IMG/VR virus record: IMGVR_UViG_3300020165_000009
DNA length: 64,000 bases
Source: a virus
Reading direction: 5' to 3' (one strand)
Numbering within the stretch: the stretch's first letter is position 1; every line of letters begins with the position of its first letter. Below, piece by piece: positions 10,738-20,301 of this stretch. The position numbers and the translations under genes are program-made. The notes under the pieces are model-generated. The model saw only the letters and a list, made by a program, of their open reading frames with translations. It made no database searches and had not been told where the DNA came from.

Positions 10738-11107
10738 ATTACTTAAAATTTTTAAAGTTGAGTCAGAAGAAGAGCTTATGAATATGAATATAAGTGTCGC
10801 TACTCGTATATGGTTTGAATTTATACTGACCTATAAGGAAAGAATATTACAAGAAATGGACAGAGATCTTGCTGATACTCTAGATATACCTGTACCTGGC
10901 TATGAATATCAAGGCTCAGAATATAAAGGTGATAGAGATAGACTAAGGAAGGAGTTACTATTTACTAAAAATCTTATTGAGAAAACAACACCCTATGAAG
11001 AAGAAAGGCAATTTCAAAGCATCAAAGATGTCTTAACGTATTGGCCGACACTTTTTTTACCGTACCCTAGCTTTGTCGAAAAATACTATCAACAGCGGAT
11101 CGATTAG
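10730..11107 (+). CDS. Hypothetical protein, paralog of the C-terminus of 4784..5674
   Basis: KNL...KDVLTYWPTLFLPYP versus KNL...KDLLEAWPPLLLPAP. Confidence 0.55.
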   Translation: MNELLKIFKVESEEELMNMNISVATRIWFEFILTYKERILQEMDRDLADTLDIPVPGYEYQGSEYKGDRDRLRKELLFTKNLIEKTTPYEEERQFQSIKDVLTYWPTLFLPYPSFVEKYYQQRID

Positions 11108-11480
11108 CTATATATAAGTGCCTCAATAGAGGGATATCAGTAGTTGTAATATCAATTACATCTTTTTTCTCTAGTTTAGGAATAGGTAATTGTCTATCTA
11201 TTTTTTCTTTTAAAATACTATACGCGCCTCCAGGCACTATCATGAGCTCATGAAGACATGAGTGACTCGGATTACTCATAAATTTCTTATCCATAACAAG
11301 ATACATTACTATAATATATTCATATACTACTTTCTTAAAATCACTATTGTTAGTTTCTTGGATCAGATAATTTAGAGCCATAAAGATATCTGTTGCCGAT
11401 TTAATACCTTCTCTATTAATTGGCGTAAATTTAAGTATGTTTAATATACTACAAACTCTTTTATTAATATCGTCGTACAC
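11067..11480 (-). CDS. Hypothetical protein
   Basis: 137-aa ORF filling the gap; TAAATA 5 nt upstream of GTG start. Confidence 0.5.
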   Translation of the reverse strand: MYDDINKRVCSILNILKFTPINREGIKSATDIFMALNYLIQETNNSDFKKVVYEYIIVMYLVMDKKFMSNPSHSCLHELMIVPGGAYSILKEKIDRQLPIPKLEKKDVIDITTTDIPLLRHLYIANRSAVDSIFRQS

Positions 11481-11530
11481 ATTGATATTTACAATTGCAT
11501 TTATGAGAATATATACTAAAATATTTAATA

Positions 11531-12073
11531 ATGAAAGTTTGTAGAGAGTTTCTTACTAAAGAGAAAAAGGATGCACTCTCTGTATTTTTAGAAAACTCTT
11601 CGTACTGGGAGAGTTTTAGTGACAGTAAACATACAGAAAGAGACGCCTTTAACTTTACATTAAAGGCAGACGAACTACCTGATTTCCTCTCAGAATTTAA
11701 AACACCAAAGCATAACCTATATCACTTCGTCGCTATAAGAACATATAAAAGTGGTAGTATTGAAGAGCACGCCGACTTCGCTCTAGGAGAAGTACTAATA
11801 CACAAACAACCCGGGATGCTTATTAGCAAGCCAGAGACGGTTGTCTATTATGAAACTATTGATCCTAATATGGAGGGGGGTGAATTAGTGATTGACCAGA
11901 ATACGTTCAAGCCAATAGAAAACGCTGCAGTAATAATATCACCGAATACGCCTCACGCAGTTACAGCGATTGAAGAAACAGATAAACCGAGGGTTGTTTT
12001 AGTGTGTGAGCGATATAGAGTATTATCAAAGTATCTTAAGGATATTAAGACCCCAGAATATAAAAAAGGTTAA
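11531..12073 (+). CDS. 2OG-Fe(II) oxygenase
   Basis: HAD (HxD), EGGEL, PHAV...PRVVL. Confidence 0.75.
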   Translation: MKVCREFLTKEKKDALSVFLENSSYWESFSDSKHTERDAFNFTLKADELPDFLSEFKTPKHNLYHFVAIRTYKSGSIEEHADFALGEVLIHKQPGMLISKPETVVYYETIDPNMEGGELVIDQNTFKPIENAAVIISPNTPHAVTAIEETDKPRVVLVCERYRVLSKYLKDIKTPEYKKG

Positions 12074-12074
12074 T

Positions 12075-13034
12075 ATGAACATAGCAATCGTAGGAGGCGC
12101 TGGCTTTATCGGCAGACACACCGCTCGTGAACTTATATCGCACGGGCATACCGTATCAATATTTGATAATAACTTAGCTAACTGTCATGACTTCTTTAGT
12201 GAGGCAGAAATTCTGAGTTTACAGTTTGTGTATTGTGAGGCTCAGGATTATCGTATGCTTAAGAGTATGTTATCATACGGTGACGGGTTTAGCGCCGTAT
12301 ATATGCTTGCAGCTATATCAGATAGTAAGGAAAATCTAGCTGATATACCTCATGCAGTTAGTACTAACATTATGTGCCTCGCAAATACGTTAGAAGCCGC
12401 AAATAGTCTAAAGATACCGCGAATTATATTTTCATCTACTGTGTGGGTGTACAGTATATCACCAGATACTCAAGTGAATGAGGAGTCTCCTCTACATATG
12501 AACAGCTCTGACCATGTTTATACAACATGTAAGGTAGCGTGTGAGGCTCTAGTGCGTAATTTTTGTGCTGTTAAGGACATAGATTACACTATATTACGGT
12601 ATGGTATTGCATACGGCCCTGGTTGTCACCCAGATACCGTTATGTCTCGGTTTATAACCAACGCAATTACCAGTGTTCCGCTCACTATAACCGGGGATGG
12701 GAACATTTACAGGAACTTCTTGAACGTAAATGATCACGCTAAGGGGAACTGCCTAGCTTTATGTGATGAAGCAAAAAATGAGACTATCAATCTTGAAGGT
12801 CCTGAAAAAATAACACTCACTGAAGTCGCAGAAAGGGTCAAAGAGCTGCATTCAGGTGATACTATTATTGAATTTACAGGGAAACGGCATGGTGACTATA
12901 TAGGCAAGGTAGTTGATAATAAGAAAGCTGCAGCTATACTAGGCTGGAAACCTACAATTGATTTTAAAACAGGTTCTAAAACACTTTATGAGTACATCAA
13001 AAAAGATATTAATAATAGCGCCGCATGCGGATGA
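12075..13034 (+). CDS. NAD-dependent nucleotide-sugar epimerase/dehydratase
   Basis: GGAGFIG, FSST, YTTCK (YxxxK), LRYGIAYGPG; start refined to MNIAIVGG. Confidence 0.9.
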   Translation: MNIAIVGGAGFIGRHTARELISHGHTVSIFDNNLANCHDFFSEAEILSLQFVYCEAQDYRMLKSMLSYGDGFSAVYMLAAISDSKENLADIPHAVSTNIMCLANTLEAANSLKIPRIIFSSTVWVYSISPDTQVNEESPLHMNSSDHVYTTCKVACEALVRNFCAVKDIDYTILRYGIAYGPGCHPDTVMSRFITNAITSVPLTITGDGNIYRNFLNVNDHAKGNCLALCDEAKNETINLEGPEKITLTEVAERVKELHSGDTIIEFTGKRHGDYIGKVVDNKKAAAILGWKPTIDFKTGSKTLYEYIKKDINNSAACG

Positions 13035-13620
13035 TGAGGTATTAGGTGTCGGTGGCACTACACAAAAGCTTATCAGAGAAGGTCATGATGTATATCTTAT
13101 TATATGTTGTACACGCGAAAAAGACATTGAAGAATATAAAGAATGTACTACACACTTTAAGCAAACATTTCGCTTACCTTTTGAAGACGAGTCTCTAGAG
13201 GCACAAGTAACTCCTCTACTAAAGAGTATCGAGGAGGTATATACGGTTATAAAGCCAGATTGGACTTTTATACCTCGTGAGAATGACCTTAATCTAGATC
13301 ATAGAGCGGTACATAGAGCGTGTGAAGTAGTTCTTAGACGGTATCAAGAACATGCGCCAGTTAAGATTTTCGAGTACGAAATACCTTCTTCAACTACTCA
13401 GTCCTTTGATAATAATTTTAAAGGTAATGTGTATATACCGCTGACCCGCAATGACATTCTCACTAAGATAGATTTACTCACATCATATATACATGAAGTG
13501 AGAGTGTACCCTAATCCTAGAAGTAGCGAGGGCCTTCTCACTTACGCTAAATTTAGAGGTATGGAGTGTGATGCTGAATATGCTGAATACTTTAACTTAA
13601 TATACTCAAAAGACTTATGA
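12988..13620 (+). CDS. PIG-L/LmbE family N-acetylhexosamine deacetylase
   Basis: IAPHADDEVLG, DLNLDHR, YAEYF. Confidence 0.9.
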   Translation: MSTSKKILIIAPHADDEVLGVGGTTQKLIREGHDVYLIICCTREKDIEEYKECTTHFKQTFRLPFEDESLEAQVTPLLKSIEEVYTVIKPDWTFIPRENDLNLDHRAVHRACEVVLRRYQEHAPVKIFEYEIPSSTTQSFDNNFKGNVYIPLTRNDILTKIDLLTSYIHEVRVYPNPRSSEGLLTYAKFRGMECDAEYAEYFNLIYSKDL

Positions 13621-14237
13621 ATACACCATGGGATAATGTCTCAAAATTTGAAGAATTAATAGCAGACTACGCAGGTAGTAAATATGCTGTTGCGGTTGAT
13701 AGTTGCACAAACGCTATCTTTCTCTCTCTTAAGTATGCTAAGGATGTATTGAGGGAAGATGTAGATTATATTGAGGTGCCTAAGAAGACTTATATATCAG
13801 TACCCATGCAAGTAATGCATGCAGGATATAGAGTAAAGTTCACAACAGCTGAATGGATAGGTGCATATAAATTAAGCCCTCTATCTGTATATGATTCCGC
13901 TCAGAGATTCACAAAGGGTATGTATATACCGGGGTCTTTATATTGTTTATCTTTTAACCATAAAAAAACCCTATCAACAGGTAAGGGTGGTATGATTTTA
14001 ACAGATGATATCGATGCAAAAAAATGGTTGGATATAATGAAGTATGATGGTCGTACATCTATATTTTATAATGAAAATACTGATATTGATCAACTAGGTT
14101 ATCATATGTATATGGCCCCGGAACAAGCTGTTATTGGTATACAAAACTTCTACGGATTACCGGACAGGAACCCTGATAAAATGGGGTATAGAGATTATAA
14201 TCTCGATCTCTCTACATTAAAAGCATTCCATGAATAA
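13617..14237 (+). CDS. DegT/DnrJ/StrS sugar aminotransferase (short form)
   Basis: FEELIADYAGSKYAVAVDSCTNAI, DSAQ, LSFNHKKTLSTGKGGMI; only 206 aa. Confidence 0.8.
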   Translation: MNTPWDNVSKFEELIADYAGSKYAVAVDSCTNAIFLSLKYAKDVLREDVDYIEVPKKTYISVPMQVMHAGYRVKFTTAEWIGAYKLSPLSVYDSAQRFTKGMYIPGSLYCLSFNHKKTLSTGKGGMILTDDIDAKKWLDIMKYDGRTSIFYNENTDIDQLGYHMYMAPEQAVIGIQNFYGLPDRNPDKMGYRDYNLDLSTLKAFHE

Positions 14238-15045
14238 AAGAATTATAATTTTAGGTAACGGTAATTTAGGTAAATATTTAGAGCGGTATTTGAGTAAGCT
14301 TTACTCAGTTACAGTGTATGATAGAAGGCATTTTAATGCTATGTTCTTTTCTGATTCAGAGTTTTTTAGACGTAATATTAAATCAGGTGATGTAGTAATT
14401 AATAGTGTAGGTCTCTTAAAACCAAATATTAAGTCACAGGAAGCTGCATGGGAGGTAAATGCTGTATTTCCTCAAATTATGCAATCCATATGTGAAGATA
14501 ATAATGCCAACTTTATACATATATGCAGTGATTGCGTCTTTAAAGGAGATAGAGGTAAGTACCTAGAAATTGATGAGCCTGACTGCAACGAAGCCTACGG
14601 TATATCAAAAAGCCAAGTAACAGAAGGTACTATTATACGTACGTCATTTATAGGTAAATATGGCGGCTTACTTAAATGGGTATTAGATAGCTATGAGCTC
14701 GGAGCCGAAGAGATCACCGGTTATGATAACTGTATATGGAATGGTGTTACAACTCTAGAGCTATGTAAATATATCGCTTTAATTATTGATGCAGATGACT
14801 TCTGGGACGGGGTTCGGCACTTCCATACACCCGGCGCCATTTCAAAATATGATCTGTGTAGATTGATTAGTAATATTTACAGTTTAAATATTAATATTAA
14901 CCAAGTAAAAGCTACTGATATAAGTGGTACAATAGTAGGTGTAGGTAATAAGCTAGATAGAACGCTAGCGAGTACGCAGCGCTTACCATATGTACCTACT
15001 TTTAAGCAGCAGCTTAAAGAGCTTAAATTATATGATAGTAAATAG
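14230..15045 (+). CDS. dTDP-4-dehydrorhamnose reductase-like SDR (RmlD family)
   Basis: GNGNLG, HICSDCVFKG, YGISK, IIRTSFIG. Confidence 0.8.
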   Translation: MNKRIIILGNGNLGKYLERYLSKLYSVTVYDRRHFNAMFFSDSEFFRRNIKSGDVVINSVGLLKPNIKSQEAAWEVNAVFPQIMQSICEDNNANFIHICSDCVFKGDRGKYLEIDEPDCNEAYGISKSQVTEGTIIRTSFIGKYGGLLKWVLDSYELGAEEITGYDNCIWNGVTTLELCKYIALIIDADDFWDGVRHFHTPGAISKYDLCRLISNIYSLNININQVKATDISGTIVGVGNKLDRTLASTQRLPYVPTFKQQLKELKLYDSK

Positions 15046-16144
15046 TCACAATGAATGGGATCAACTAGAAGAAGTTATAGTAGGTGATGGTTTCCCGAGT
15101 GAACTACCCCTACTGGATTATTCGTTTAAATTGTTTTTTCATGAAAATCTCTGGGACGGCTGTCCGGACGGGAGAGACTATGAATTTGGTGAACAGACCA
15201 TTCAAAAACGGCATTGTGAAGAGCATGCAGAAGACTTAAATAAGTTTTGTGATCTTTTACAGTCACTTAATGTAAAGGTTAGGCGACCTAAGACACCTAA
15301 AAGAATAAGCAAGACTAAAACTCCGCTATGGAGCAGTACTAACCACCCCGCTCTTAATGTAAGGGATATGGCGATGGTTGTAGGTGATACTATCATTGAG
15401 TCTCCTCCGACGTGTAAATATAGATATTTTGAGAACGATTACCTACATCACCTATTTTTAGAGTACTTTAAACAGGGCGGTAAATGGATCCAGGCCCCTA
15501 AGCCCATAATGACAGATCATAGTTTTGATTTATCCGGAATTAATGAAGATAATGGTAAGAAGTATTATATAGACGTCAGGCAAAAAGAACATTATATGGA
15601 TTGCGGTGTTGAGATAATGTTTGATGCCGCTAATTGTGTTAGGATGGGTAGTCATATATTAATGAATGTATCAAACGAGAATCAGGAACTAGGCGCTAAA
15701 TGGTTACAGCAGGCCGTAGGTGACAAGTATAAAGTAATCACAACACCGCTCACAGATTCTCATATTGATTCATCATTTCTACCATTACGACCAGGTCTAG
15801 CTATTGTTATGAAGGAGCCTGAGTATGTAAGGCCACGGCTTCCTGCTGAGTTACAGTCATGGGATCTGGTGCATATACCTACTAGAAACCGGACTCAATC
15901 TGAAAAGGAAGCGCAGGGTATTAAGCTGGCGTCTCCGAGGATAGAATTAAATGTACTCTCAATCTCACCGGAGCTTATTATATGTCACTCCCAGTATGAG
16001 ACGGAGTTAAATAAGGTTTTAGCTAAGTATGGTATAACAGCAATGGGTACTCCGTTCCGGCATTGTGAGATTTTTGCTGGAGCACACCATTGCACTACCC
16101 TGGATGTAAGACGAAAGAGCAAATATGAAAACTACTTCGAATAA
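15032..16144 (+). CDS. L-arginine amidinotransferase (StrB1 inosamine-phosphate / glycine amidinotransferase family)
   Basis: VNSHNEWDQLEEVIVG, RD, FDAAN, HIDS, GAHHCTTLDVRR (catalytic Asp/His/Cys). Confidence 0.9.
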   Translation: MIVNSHNEWDQLEEVIVGDGFPSELPLLDYSFKLFFHENLWDGCPDGRDYEFGEQTIQKRHCEEHAEDLNKFCDLLQSLNVKVRRPKTPKRISKTKTPLWSSTNHPALNVRDMAMVVGDTIIESPPTCKYRYFENDYLHHLFLEYFKQGGKWIQAPKPIMTDHSFDLSGINEDNGKKYYIDVRQKEHYMDCGVEIMFDAANCVRMGSHILMNVSNENQELGAKWLQQAVGDKYKVITTPLTDSHIDSSFLPLRPGLAIVMKEPEYVRPRLPAELQSWDLVHIPTRNRTQSEKEAQGIKLASPRIELNVLSISPELIICHSQYETELNKVLAKYGITAMGTPFRHCEIFAGAHHCTTLDVRRKSKYENYFE

Positions 16145-16889
16145 CGCAATAACTTGCTCTACTGATTACAACTATATTCACTACCTGTATAAACTAGTAG
16201 ATAGTCTACATGCAAATAATACGGATGCTGATATTTTTATACGTATTGTTGATTTTACGCCGGATCAATTTGAGGAGGTGAGATCAAAAATAACAAGTAA
16301 TAAAGTAGAGTATATCATCGATCAACCTAATCTTAGTAATCGAAAGGATATATTAAAAGACGTTGATTCTGCAATGCATTATGTATATGGGGTTGATGTA
16401 TGTAGAAACGGTAGTAAAAATATTAAAAAGTTACTGTATAGTAAGCGTAGTGTGTATACATGTCATAGCCGCTTTAAGACGATTAGTATGCTATTGAATA
16501 GAGGTTATAATAATGTATTGAGTTTAGATGTAGATACTGTTGTTATAAAGGATATAAATCATATGTTTAATAATCATACATATGATGTGTCTATAGTACC
16601 TACTTATACGAGCAATAAGATTGAATTATGGTATAACGAGGGTCTTTTGCATATAGGTAATACACCTCAATCAGTTCTATTCTTTAAAGATGTTGAAAAC
16701 TTTATTTTTAATAGTGGTAGACATTTTGAGTGGAATATAGATTCTGAAGCTCTTGACAGGTGCTTCGCGAAGAGGCAAGATCTGAGAGTAGGTTATCTGG
16801 ATAATACCTATAAGGATAGAGAGTTCAATGATGATTCTTATATGTGGTCAGGTGATAGTATATGTAAGTATAACGAGAGGTTTAAATGA
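16125..16889 (+). CDS. Glycosyltransferase, GT-A fold
   Basis: CSTDYNYI, LSLDVDTV DxD motif; paralog of 8946..9755. Confidence 0.7.
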   Translation: MKTTSNNAITCSTDYNYIHYLYKLVDSLHANNTDADIFIRIVDFTPDQFEEVRSKITSNKVEYIIDQPNLSNRKDILKDVDSAMHYVYGVDVCRNGSKNIKKLLYSKRSVYTCHSRFKTISMLLNRGYNNVLSLDVDTVVIKDINHMFNNHTYDVSIVPTYTSNKIELWYNEGLLHIGNTPQSVLFFKDVENFIFNSGRHFEWNIDSEALDRCFAKRQDLRVGYLDNTYKDREFNDDSYMWSGDSICKYNERFK

Positions 16890-17680
16890 ATAAAATAATA
16901 CACCAAACATGGAAAAATAAGAATATTCCTAACGATACTTTTAAGAGAAATTGGGTTGAGTCGTGGAAGAACTTAAACCCAACTTGGGAGTATAAATTAT
17001 GGACTGATGAAGATATGCATGACTTTATCTCAACCAAATATAGTTGGTTTCTACCTACATTTGAGGCATATCCGGAGCAAATACAGAGAGTTGATTCATT
17101 CAGATACTTTATCATTTATGAATATGGTGGCTTATATGCTGATCTTGATATTGAATGCTTTAAACCATTAGACACCCTTTTAACGGACAATTGTATAATA
17201 TTTCAGACATACCCGGAGCACCAAATGAAAGCAATAATAGATGCAGATAACCGAGAGCACCCACTTCGTAAACACTTCCCGTTACATAAACTTAAGAAGG
17301 GGTATTTTTTAACTAATAGTATTTTTTACAGTAATGGTGGTCATAAATTTTTTAAGAAGTGTATAGAGGGCTTAGAGAAGAGTTACGAGGAAAGTAAACG
17401 GTATAGATTTACAGAATTTGACTTTTTAAATAAGTCGTGTGTATGCAATACACACATAACGATGTCAGCCGGTAGTGGATTTTTAACAAGAATGTTTTTT
17501 AAATATGGTAGGGTTTTTGATGTAAAGGATTATAGTTACGGTTTCTTTGAACCATACAAACACACCAGGCGTAAAGAAATTCTATTAAATCAAGAGGCTT
17601 TTAATAAAGAAAATTTATACGGTATGCACTGGAATCTAGGTAGCTGGATAAATTTAGAGGACTCTGAATATAAGATATGA
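16886..17680 (+). CDS. Glycosyltransferase GT32 (OCH1/DXD-sugar-binding family)
   Basis: KIIHQTW, SWKNLNP-WEYKLWTD, DSFRY, YGGLYADLD. Confidence 0.9.
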   Translation: MNKIIHQTWKNKNIPNDTFKRNWVESWKNLNPTWEYKLWTDEDMHDFISTKYSWFLPTFEAYPEQIQRVDSFRYFIIYEYGGLYADLDIECFKPLDTLLTDNCIIFQTYPEHQMKAIIDADNREHPLRKHFPLHKLKKGYFLTNSIFYSNGGHKFFKKCIEGLEKSYEESKRYRFTEFDFLNKSCVCNTHITMSAGSGFLTRMFFKYGRVFDVKDYSYGFFEPYKHTRRKEILLNQEAFNKENLYGMHWNLGSWINLEDSEYKI

Positions 17681-18393
17681 AGGTGACTGATATACATGTT
17701 TGTTATGTTATTAACGATAACAAGGATTTTATAGACCTTACTATTAAGTCTGCTAAACAACTGAAAAAATTCTTTAGATCTGAGGATCATAACCTAAAGA
17801 TCTATGCGTTAAGTGAAATGGAGCTGGAAGGATTACCACCATTTATTGAGAATGTAATCTCGCCTCATAAGGATATACCGTTGTTGTGGCAGCGTATGTA
17901 TATACCGGAGTTGATTAATTCTGATAAATGTATCTTCCTGGATAGTGATACTCTAGCATATACATGTATTAGTAAGTTATGGGATATTGATATTGGAGAC
18001 AGTTATATAGCGCTGGCTCCACACTATTGCATGCATACTATCCAGGAGATGCTTAACCACTACGGTTTAAATGAGTTTCCACTATACAGAGCCAAGGGAG
18101 ACGTACAGCAATATTATAATTGCGGTGTGTCTGTTATAAACAGTAGACTATGGAGAGACCTAAGCCTCATCGAAATACCACTCGAGTATTATGAGAGTAT
18201 TAAAAGTACATCGCACTGGAAAAATGATGAACCTACATATAACGTCTGTTTTTCTGATAATATATTTGAGCTCGATAAAACGTGGAATTATTACCCTATA
18301 GACGCCTATAAGAAAGCAAACATTGTACACTACTACGGTACGTACATTAAAGGTAAACCTTTTCATAATGAATTTGCTATTCATCCAGACTGA
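17677..18393 (+). CDS. Glycosyltransferase family 8
   Basis: IFLDSDTL, YYNCGVSVIN, WNY, IVHYYG. Confidence 0.85.
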   Translation: MKVTDIHVCYVINDNKDFIDLTIKSAKQLKKFFRSEDHNLKIYALSEMELEGLPPFIENVISPHKDIPLLWQRMYIPELINSDKCIFLDSDTLAYTCISKLWDIDIGDSYIALAPHYCMHTIQEMLNHYGLNEFPLYRAKGDVQQYYNCGVSVINSRLWRDLSLIEIPLEYYESIKSTSHWKNDEPTYNVCFSDNIFELDKTWNYYPIDAYKKANIVHYYGTYIKGKPFHNEFAIHPD

Positions 18394-18407
18394 TATAAAT
18401 AATTTAT

Positions 18408-18605
18408 ATGAAAGAAGAAATTCAATTAAACATCCAAGACCTAGCAGAATATCAAACTCACTTCCAAACGGATGTTAGTTTGTTTCTTGAAAAAGAGAAC
18501 AAATCTGCAGCTACTAGAGCTCGTAAATCGCTACTAGAAATTTCTAAGCTATGTAAACAGATTAGAAAAGAAATCCAAGAGATTAAGAATAGCGCTGCGG
18601 CCTAG
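18408..18605 (+). CDS. Histone H1-like (Hc1-type) small DNA-binding protein
   Basis: NKSAATRARKSLLEISKLCKQIRKEI motif; TATAAATA upstream. Confidence 0.65.
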   Translation: MKEEIQLNIQDLAEYQTHFQTDVSLFLEKENKSAATRARKSLLEISKLCKQIRKEIQEIKNSAAA

Positions 18606-18629
18606 TACATATACTGCTTAAATAATAAT

Positions 18630-19049
18630 GTGAAATCATTTAAGCATTTTTTTGAAGCAAATAAGCCCCTTGGCTTAATAGAGACGCTTCATTTTCAAGA
18701 TTTAGGTCCCATTGAAGCTAAAGTTGATAGCGGCAATGGGGCTTATAATGTACTGCATGGTCAAAATATCCAAGAAGTTGCAGATGGTCAAATATCATTT
18801 GATACTGTAAATGGAAAAACACTAACTGTGCCAGTTGAGGAGTATATCGATATTAATATCGGCTCTGGTAATATAGAGACAAGACCTGTAGTCAAATTTG
18901 ATATAGAGGTCGGTGATGAGAGTTACCCTGGTACAAGTTTCTCTATAGGTGATAGGTCATCTAACGAATATAAGATTCTATTAGGTAAGGACTTTATCGA
19001 ACAGCTAGGCGGCTTAATCGATGTAAGTGCTGAAAACAACCTCGATTAG
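18630..19049 (+). CDS. Retropepsin-like (RimK-associated) aspartyl protease with capsid-targeting-like leader
   Basis: IEAKVDSGNG, ETRPVV, DRS...ILLGKDF; leader MKSFKHFFEA. Confidence 0.75.
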   Translation: MKSFKHFFEANKPLGLIETLHFQDLGPIEAKVDSGNGAYNVLHGQNIQEVADGQISFDTVNGKTLTVPVEEYIDINIGSGNIETRPVVKFDIEVGDESYPGTSFSIGDRSSNEYKILLGKDFIEQLGGLIDVSAENNLD

Positions 19050-19576
19050 TACCAGTCAGGTTTATTAACTGACGTCCAGGTAGCAAAAGGCTTATCTTCT
19101 CTAATATAAGATCTATACTGATCTATTACTGACAGTCTTTCGAAGTCTTTATCTCGTCGACATTTGCAGTCTTGATTAATAGCGACAGCAAATTCAGTCA
19201 ACCCAGTTTTATTAATAATAGTATTGTGTAAATTACTCTTACACCATTTAATAAAATCTAATGTAAAATGTTCTTTTGAGCCTGGCCATCTAACCATTCG
19301 CTCCGTAAACATTTCAAGTGTGTGGTCGACTAACCACATAAAGTTATCAGTCGTCTCACGTGCCCATATACTGCATTGATGATTGAAGTAGCCTTTACCT
19401 CGTTTACGTGGTTTACCAGTTGACGTCCTAGGACAATCTTCGTGATTTAACACTTCTTGAGGAAAGGCGTGTGCTAACATTATAGCACCTTCAATTTGCA
19501 TCTTTGAACGAACATGTTGATCACATAATTCCTTCGCAGCAATAACAGGATCATTATCAGTACAAAATATATTCAT
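19046..19576 (-). CDS. Pyrimidine-dimer DNA glycosylase/endonuclease V-like protein
   Basis: MNIF...DPVIAAKELCDQHV-KM-IE-A-ML, NHQCSIWAR, YRSY, WT...PDW. Confidence 0.7.
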   Translation of the reverse strand: MNIFCTDNDPVIAAKELCDQHVRSKMQIEGAIMLAHAFPQEVLNHEDCPRTSTGKPRKRGKGYFNHQCSIWARETTDNFMWLVDHTLEMFTERMVRWPGSKEHFTLDFIKWCKSNLHNTIINKTGLTEFAVAINQDCKCRRDKDFERLSVIDQYRSYIREDKPFATWTSVNKPDWY

Positions 19577-19600
19577 ACCGATATTATAATAGTGTTCCTA
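19574..19600 (-). promoter_or_regulatory. Isolated copy of the GGAAC-N5-TATAAT promoter module
   Basis: Minus strand reads TAGGAACACTATTATAATATCGGT-ATG, matching the 59-64 kb repeats. Confidence 0.75.
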
Positions 19601-20251
19601 CTATCTACCCCAGTCGTTAACGAACGTATAGAACTCACTACGCGTAGATGTATCATCGAGAAAGTCACCACTAATCTTCGCAGTCTTCATCTCGCACCCA
19701 TCATGCTTAATACCGCGGAGGCATGCGCAAGTATGAGATGCAGAGATCATTACTGCAACACCTTTATTACCTTCACATACTTCATCAATTGCTTTATGAA
19801 TCTGAGTAGTTAGACCTTCTTGAATCTGCGGTCGTCTAGCATAATGCTCTACAATTCTATTCAGCTTACTCAGACCGATAACTTTACCATCGGCAGAGGG
19901 TAAATAAGCTACGTGACATCTACCCGTAAATGCTAGGTGGTGATGCGAACATAGACTCTTTACAGGAATACCACCCTGAAATACCATCCCATTATAGCCA
20001 TCAGAAGGGAAAGCTGTAATATTAGGTAGCTCATTATAACAACCAGCTGCAATATCATTTACATAAGCTTTAGCAACACGCTTAGGTGTACCATCACTAT
20101 TAGGATCGTTTCTCCAGTCAATACGTAAAGCATCTAGAAACTTTTCATAAGCTTCTGTAGCGTTAAGGATAACCTGTTGTTTTTCGTCATCGCTGAGCGG
20201 CATATTACCATTAGCGGTTGGTAGCTTGGTTAGTTTAATTCTATCGGACAT
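19601..20251 (-). CDS. folE: GTP cyclohydrolase I
   Basis: TPKRVAKAY, SLCSHHHLAF, VIGLSKLNRIV, RRPQIQE, HTCACLRG. Confidence 0.95.
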   Translation of the reverse strand: MSDRIKLTKLPTANGNMPLSDDEKQQVILNATEAYEKFLDALRIDWRNDPNSDGTPKRVAKAYVNDIAAGCYNELPNITAFPSDGYNGMVFQGGIPVKSLCSHHHLAFTGRCHVAYLPSADGKVIGLSKLNRIVEHYARRPQIQEGLTTQIHKAIDEVCEGNKGVAVMISASHTCACLRGIKHDGCEMKTAKISGDFLDDTSTRSEFYTFVNDWGR

Positions 20252-20301
20252 ACCCTTATTATATAGTATAGTCTAACGAAAGCAATAAATATATTTACAA
20301 T

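Noticed and set aside
13617-14237. Short DegT gene as a pseudogene
   Set aside because: PLP-binding motifs are intact, the ORF overlaps both neighbours cleanly, and no remnant of a lost C-terminus follows.
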